Assembly: GCF_009914755.1 (NCBI RefSeq)
Contig: NC_060926.1
Length of the DNA stretch: 64,000 bases
Origin: the human T2T-CHM13v2.0 reference genome, Homo sapiens
Strand: one strand, 5' to 3'
Part shown: positions 54,154-64,000 of the stretch, piece by piece
Numbering within the stretch: the stretch's first letter is position 1
Layout: every line of letters starts with the position of its first letter
The notes under the pieces: model-generated
What the model was told of the DNA's origin: nothing
What the model saw: the letters and a program-made list of their open reading frames with translations, nothing else
Database searches by the model: none
Position numbers and translations under genes: made by a program

Positions 54154-55101
54154 TCCCATCTCTTAAAACACAAAAAGCCTTTCTAAGTCAAGGTCTAAGT
54201 TGAAATATATTATGAATAATTGTAATAAAGAATTCATTTTAGCTATAAAATGTAAACATTTCTGAGACGGGAAAAAGATTATGAAAGGGATATACTAAAA
54301 AGCTTTTGTACTTGCCTATTTCAAATTATTTTACAGAGATGTTAAAAAATGTTTTAAAAGAACATTGCCATCTTTTATAGTGTTCAAAATTACATCAAAC
54401 ACACACAACACTATGTGAATAGTGTTTGATGCCAGGATAAGATTTGAAGAAAATCATCAAATGTCACTCAGTAGAGACTTAGTCATTAGGTCATTAACTT
54501 GAGGGCCACAAGAAAGTGATCATCACTGCCTAATATCAACATCTTTTCTGGTGAATGTATCGTTTCTATGCATACGGAGACTCAAATAAACCTACTTGAA
54601 GATTCCTCAAGGATGTACTCCAGATAATTCTTAGAGAGGGGGAAAAGAGTACATGTAAAATTTTTCGAAAGATACTTTAGGTTACTAAGTAAAATTTAAC
54701 CATAGGATATAAGTCTATTAGTGGGATTCATGATGTAATGATATGAAAAAATATTCCACATTTGTAGTTCAAAGAGATTGCAAATATATTTATATACTTA
54801 AAATGCTAAAGGACACTTAAGAATAAGAAAAGTTTGGTGCAAGATTCTCCTTCAGATTTAATAGAGATCATAGGCCTTCTTATACATCATATATATTATA
54901 TATATATACATATATATTCACATTAATCATGACTTAAGTTTTATTTGTGTAGAGGAAAATCTGGTGGTAATGAGAATTAAGAGTGGCACAAGAGTGTTCA
55001 GTAAGTAGAACAAGGGGAGAAACAGGTGCAGAGTAAAAAAGGTAAGTTTTAGTACAGTCTAGAATTCCTAACTTTTGAGCTTTGCACAAAATCATGTAAA
55101 C

Positions 55102-55323
55102 CAGGAGTTGGTCAATTATAGCCCATGGGCCAAACAGGGCCTACCATATGTTTTTGTAAATAAAGTTTTGTTGGGATATAGCTTCACTCATTCATTACAT
55201 ATTGTCTCTGGCTGCTTTTACATAACCACAGCGTAGCTGAGTAGTTGTCACAGAGACAGGATGTCCTACAAACCTTAAAATATTTCTCTTTGGCTCTTTA
55301 CAGAAAAAGTCTGCCAAATCCTG
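55102..55323 (+). mobile_element. MER58A (hAT-Charlie)
   Basis: gcccatgggccaaa...tttttgtaaataaagttttgttgg...tttacagaaaaagtctgcca. Confidence 0.82.
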
Positions 55324-55329
55324 GTCTCA

Positions 55330-55495
55330 TCAAATGCTTCTCAGACTTTAGTGTGCATACTAATCACCTGGGGGACCTTGCTCTAATGCATGTTTTGATT
55401 CAGTAAGTCGAGAGTGGAACCTGAGAGTCTGCGTTTGTAACAAGTTCCCAGATGCTGCTGATGCTGCTGGTCTGCAGGCCACTCTTGAGAAGCAT
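55330..55495 (-). mobile_element. MER5A
   Basis: ctgcgtttgtaacaagttcccagatgctgctgatgctgctggtc. Confidence 0.75.
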
Positions 55496-55905
55496 TAAGT
55501 CCAGATGGCTGAGACTGCTGAACTGATTGAGAAAAGGAGAAGAACCAACTGCATAATATTCTAAAAAGTTTATTGCCTATGGTCTCAGAAAATGAAATTT
55601 TCTCTTCTTGAAGCTTAAGAATTCTCTCCTCTTTCAAGTCAAGTACAGTAATTCACTTATCCAATGGTCGCATCTCCAACCTCATCGATCTGGAGTATCG
55701 GTCCCAATTAGGAAATAAGAAGGGTACTGTAACACTCCAGAACAATAAAATAAGATTCACAATAAGGTTCATAAGCAGGAGCAAACATCAAGAAAAAGTG
55801 ACGTTCTAACTTTATAGTGATATCTAAAGCAGATAAACATGTAACTTTCTTTTAAAACCACCATTAAATAAATATTCACATTTGAATATGTCAGCTTCAT
55901 AATTA

Positions 55906-56352
<447 letters not shown>

Positions 56353-57337
56353 CTAAAATATACACACATAAAAAATTATATAAAAATATAATCCCTTATG
56401 CAACAAGCAATCAATAAAAAGAAAGGCTAATATCCATCGCTATTTGCATGTAAGAATCTAAAACGACAGAAGTTCTCTTCATCTTCAACTAAAGGTATTC
56501 TCTTCTTGATCATGGAGTTAACACATTAAATGGAAATGAGTACTCAAAATACAGTTCCTTCTCCAAAGTACTTCCTTTTGTCTAGATGTTGTGTTTTTCT
56601 ATGGTATTTCAAAATAAGCCTCGGCTGCTTTTATAAAATTAAACACAGTAAAAAGGGAGGGAGAAGAAAAGGCATGGAAAACACTGCCTTTAATGCCAAG
56701 TGCACTGTGACAGCCCTGGACAGAAGATTGAAAAAATGCAAATTTCATTATTGATCCCTTTCAGGAAAATTTATACAGACTACTACCTAGAAGTGGCAGG
56801 AAAAAAATTAGATTTTATGAAGAAAAAAAAAGCTTTCCCTGAAATGCTTTATAAATTGAAATTTAGATATAGCATATGGAGATGGAAAAATAAGTTATAC
56901 CTGTAACCTATCATCTCCCAAATTATGCTCAACTTGAGTGCCTTTACTGGCTCATCAATGAGTTATTTTCTATGACCCAGGGGCTAGAAAAGCTGTAGGA
57001 TTACCTTTGCTCTTGCTACCACAGATGGCAAATGTGGTAGGTTAATAATTAAACATTTGGAACCAGTGTTCTTAGTGTGATTCTAGAAGTGTACTAGAAA
57101 GTCAAACTAAAGTTTTCTGATATCTTAATGAAAAAATCAGTTGAAATTTACTCTAAGCTGTCAAACATCATTGTTCCCTAAAAAGGAAGGTCATTAAATG
57201 TACCTACCAAACACATAAAAAAGCTTTCAGCTCATCAGCATAGATCATATTGAAAAATTTGCTTCTTATTGTACCCAAAGATCTCAAAGGGAATATACAC
57301 ATTCCTTCATTTGTCCTAAACTAAAATACAAATATAA

Positions 57338-57382
57338 TGTGTGTGTGTGCGCGCGCGTGTGTGTGTGTGTGTGTGTGTGTGT
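57338..57382. repeat. (TG)n-(CG)n-(TG)n compound microsatellite
   Basis: About 45 bp of uninterrupted purine/pyrimidine alternation. Confidence 0.92.
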
Positions 57383-58603
57383 TTGTTTGTATATTTTAAC
57401 ATTGGCATCTGACTTCCTAAAGGAAATAATTCCTGGTACCTAGCGAAGTGCCTGACATTTAAGTACTCAAAACATTTTGTTGAATTAAACGCTAAATTCA
57501 AAAGAGCTATTTCCATGCAAATTAGTCTGTAAATAGTCAATAAACAAATATACTTAATAAAACGAAAAAGAAATACAAAGCCTATTACTTCTTTGGTGAT
57601 ACAGCTCCCACGATAGCTTGTTCAGAAGAACTAGTGTCACTATGTCCACTTTTTGTTTACAAAGGCTCCTTACATAAGCAGTGATGGTATTTAGAGGTAA
57701 CTATTTTAGGGGGTTCTTAACCACTAGGTACAGCAAAGTCACAAAACTCTACCTTATATAAACCTTGAACTACTGTTCTAACTGGCTCCTTCTACTTAAT
57801 TATATTTAAAAATATAGTAATAAGCCCTCCCCTACAAAAAACATAATTAGCAATTTTGATGAAATATATAATTTTAGGAGTTCCAGTCAACCAGTAATAC
57901 TTTGGTTTATTTCCCAAGTGAGAGAGTCTCAGTTATATCTCGCCAGAAGAGAAAAAACTTGCCCTAAAACAAATAAATTCCTTGTGAATTAGCTGTATGA
58001 TTGAGATGTTATTTACAAAGAATAAATTAAATGTAATAGAAACACACATTTAATTTAAATAAATTAAATTTAATTCAATAGAAACACACACATTGTTACT
58101 AGCATAAGTAACAAAAACTTCCAATGTTTAACAAAGTAAGTAAAATGTGATAAGCATGTACAGTCTAAGAATTTTCTACATGCATTCTTGTTAAACTACT
58201 ACTTTTGCTTTGTTCAGACTTTATAATACCTTTCTCCAAACAGCTCATCCTTGATTTTTTTAAAAATTCAAATACCCACAAGTTTCAGTGAATAGATTGT
58301 GAAATAAAGACTATTTCTAAAAATACCTTCATGTTCACATTCTGACAGAGTAAACAATAAGAATTGAGAATCAAGAGGCTATGTGGTTTCAAAAACCTAA
58401 AAAGAAACACTGCAGGACAGATCTTTTATGAGTATGATCTTTTGTTTTGTTTTCTTACAGTTTTGGTAAAGCAAAATCAAAAGGCCACACTAAGAGTAAA
58501 ACACAGAAATAATCCTTTTAAAACAATTTAGTTTAAGCGGGAACTCAAACTTTACCATGTGCTACTGATAAACAACTTTTGTTCATTCTACCACAAATCT
58601 TCA

Positions 58604-59026
<423 letters not shown>

Positions 59027-59399
59027 CTACAATTGAAGGATCTGCCACAAAACAATCTTCCCTGTTAAAGAAGGAAAAGACTTTTCTCTACAGAATTCTG
59101 AAGAGTGTTACAAACACAAGTAAGAAGAATCTTTGTGAATCTCTAGTTATATTAAACTATTCAGGGCCCACCAAAATTCAGTACTTTAGCCATAGAAAAA
59201 AAGTACTAGCAAGAAAAAAAAATGAAATGCTCCTACTTATAAAACAAGCCCAACATGACACCTTTCAATATCATAAAGGGCCAGAACAAACATAAAGAGT
59301 GATTTTGAATTAATCCAGGTTCTTTCCTTTATCTAGGCTTGCCTGATAAAACAAAATTATAATCAAACTCAAAAAATAAAAAATGCTACCAAGCCTTAC

Positions 59400-60422
<1,023 letters not shown>

Positions 60423-61028
60423 TTAAAAAAAAGAAAAAAGAAAAAAAAAAGGGTTAGTGAATTAACTAAAAATTTTAACAGCAAACTTTTAGTCCCCTAT
60501 AGATTTAACCAAATTGGATTTTCTTTTTAAATTTTCAAAAGCAGTTGTAGAAATCTGGTTCAAGCACACAGTATTTCACATTAATTCATCTTTTTAAAAA
60601 TGACTCTTTTTAATATTCTGCACTATAGTGAGAATTTCTACAAAGTGCAGGAGGCTAATCCTTTCCTTCAGCCTCATCCTACAAACTCCTCACATCAATC
60701 CACTCCTAACGGCCATCATCCAGGCTATTATAGAAACAGATTCCAAGTGTTCAAAGGCAAAATAAATAACCATGTTAAGATAAAATAAGCAAAAAATAAG
60801 ACAAAACAGACACATTCACTAATATCTACAATTCACTACTACTAAACAAGTTGGAACAGCAAAAAATTATGCAATGGCTTAAAAATATTAGCGATTCATT
60901 TTGGCCAAAACTAAGAAATTAACTTTATGCCTCTAGGCTGTACAGGAAGCACCAGTTCTTAACAAGACATGGCTGTCTTCACTTTGTATGTCACATTATA
61001 TATAGTTTTGAGATGTTACATAAATATA

Positions 61029-61246
61029 CAGGTTGAGTATCACTTATCCAAAATGCTTGGGACCAGAGGTGTTTTGGATTTCAGGTCCAGGTTTTGGAAT
61101 ATTTGCCTTATGCTTACTGACTGAGCATCCCAAATCTGAATGTTCCAATGAGCATTTCCTTTGAGCACCATCACATCAGCACTCAGAAAGTTCTGGATTT
61201 TGGATCATTTTAGATTTCAGATTTTTTAATGTGGGATGCTCACCCT
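61029..61246 (+). mobile_element. Tigger4a/MER46-like MITE
   Basis: ta-caggttgagtatcacttatccaaaatgcttgggaccaga...gggatgctcaccctg TIRs. Confidence 0.8.
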
Positions 61247-61309
61247 GGACTTTATGTACTAGATACTAGCTAGTCTTTCTGAGGTGAGATTTGTTTAAAA
61301 AGCAAATCA

Positions 61310-62224
<915 letters not shown>

Positions 62225-62946
62225 TAAAAAGCAAATCATCACAACAGAACAAAGCAAAAAAGCAAATGAACCTGTCAGAATAACTGGCTAGCTTTAGAAT
62301 TAATGAAAGGCACCAGTGAGTTGGGTATATAAATAACTTATGTATGTCCAGCTATGCTACCAAGTCTTAATTTTACTGTAGTATTGTGGGAGCTTGGGAG
62401 CAGGTACACATAAGCTATGCTGGCTAAAAATTCAATGAAACAAAGACTTGGCTACGGGTTTTAAAAAATACTGAGCCAAGCCCACTATCCTTTCTTTTCC
62501 ATATGACCAGAGATTTATGATTTTTTTTAATTAATGAAGAAATAAGCACTGTTTTTTTTCTCATAAGGCAGCAATTGAGTTGATGATGAAAACATGCAAA
62601 CTTTATCTTTGACCTATTATACATGGCAGATACATGTATACACTCAAGTTAACTCATCACATCATCTATATAAGTAAGGACTCAATAGTGGCTAGAGGGA
62701 AGATATGTGCATTTATTAGGAAATGTATAGTCTGGTTCAAGAATACTGACATGAGAAAATAAGCTCACTGGTTAAGCTCTTTTAAACTTTGTTTCCTAAT
62801 ACAACAGTATACTTGAAAAAGCTCACCAAGTCTTTCAATTAACATTATTCCACTAGAAAGAGCAATACTGCAAAGAAATGGATATTTAGATCCCTCTCCT
62901 TAAAAAACAAAAACAAAAACTGGAGCATATAAAAAATAGTGAAACA

Positions 62947-63310
<364 letters not shown>

Positions 63311-63594
63311 TTATGAGCTAATGGTCATATTTAATAGAGATGAAGAACCTTGAAAATTTCTAGCACTCAACCATTTCCTCAGCTGGAAAAGATAGCACTG
63401 GAGGTCCGTATGCAATTTCAAACATACACTTGTGTTAGACGACGTTTTCTTTTGGTAACTGTGACACTTAATACCAGGACACTGCTTAAACATGAATAAC
63501 GATAGGCTATTTAAATATTTTTGAAAAGTTTTCCTTCAGTTGTCCTAGCCTTGAAGGTATGATTCTAAAGATACCATGTTTATAGTCGAATAAC

Positions 63595-63923
63595 TTTTTT
63601 TTTTTTTTGAGACAGGATCTTACTTTGTCAGCTAGGCTAGAGTGCAGTGGCATAATCACAGCTCACTGCACGCAGCTTTGGTCTCCCAGACTCAAGCTAT
63701 CCTCCTGCCTCAGCCTCTGAAGTAGCTGGGACTACAGGCGCAGGCCTCCATGCCTGGCTAATTTTTAAAATATTTCTTGTAGAAACATGGTCTCCCTATG
63801 TTGCCCAGGAAACATGGTCTCCTTATGTTGCCCAGGCTGATCTTGAACCCCTAGGCTCAAGGGATCCTTCTGCCTTGGCCTCCCAAAGTGCTGGGATTAC
63901 AGGCATAGGCAATTGTGCCCAGC
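63595..63923 (-). mobile_element. AluJ with internal 27-bp tandem duplication
   Basis: Reverse Alu; gaaacatggtctcc(c/t)tatgttgcccag twice at 63782-63835. Confidence 0.9.
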
Positions 63924-64000
63924 CAGTTTCATTAGCTTAATGAAAATATTCCAAATATCTTATTGAAAACAACAACAGAATTCCACTTATATTTGCTTGA

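Overview
Human (primate) genomic DNA containing most of ALS2 (alsin) on the minus strand. I traced exons 4-34 base by base. They join into one open frame through the RCC1-like, DH, PH, MORN and VPS9 domains, ending at a TAG stop at 455-457, with the 3' UTR running off the left edge. Exon 4 can read through into intron 4 to give the known ~396-aa short alsin. Intron 3 holds a full-length processed RPS2 pseudogene with a 14-bp target-site duplication (TSD). The introns are mostly interspersed repeats: about 38 Alu copies or fragments, old L1/L2/MIR, two LTRs, and hAT and TcMar DNA transposons. I see no evidence of a wholly new gene or system. The best leads concern splicing and structure: a GC-AG intron 11 with a UCAU (NOVA-type) cluster before exon 11, a (UG)n-headed antisense Alu resembling a TDP-43-repressible cryptic exon, an 85-bp duplication bracketing exon 25, inverted Alus tight around exon 24, and a template-strand G-quadruplex beside exon 16. 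Exon numbering, repeat subfamily names and variant names come from memory and were not database-checked. Repeat boundaries are approximate.
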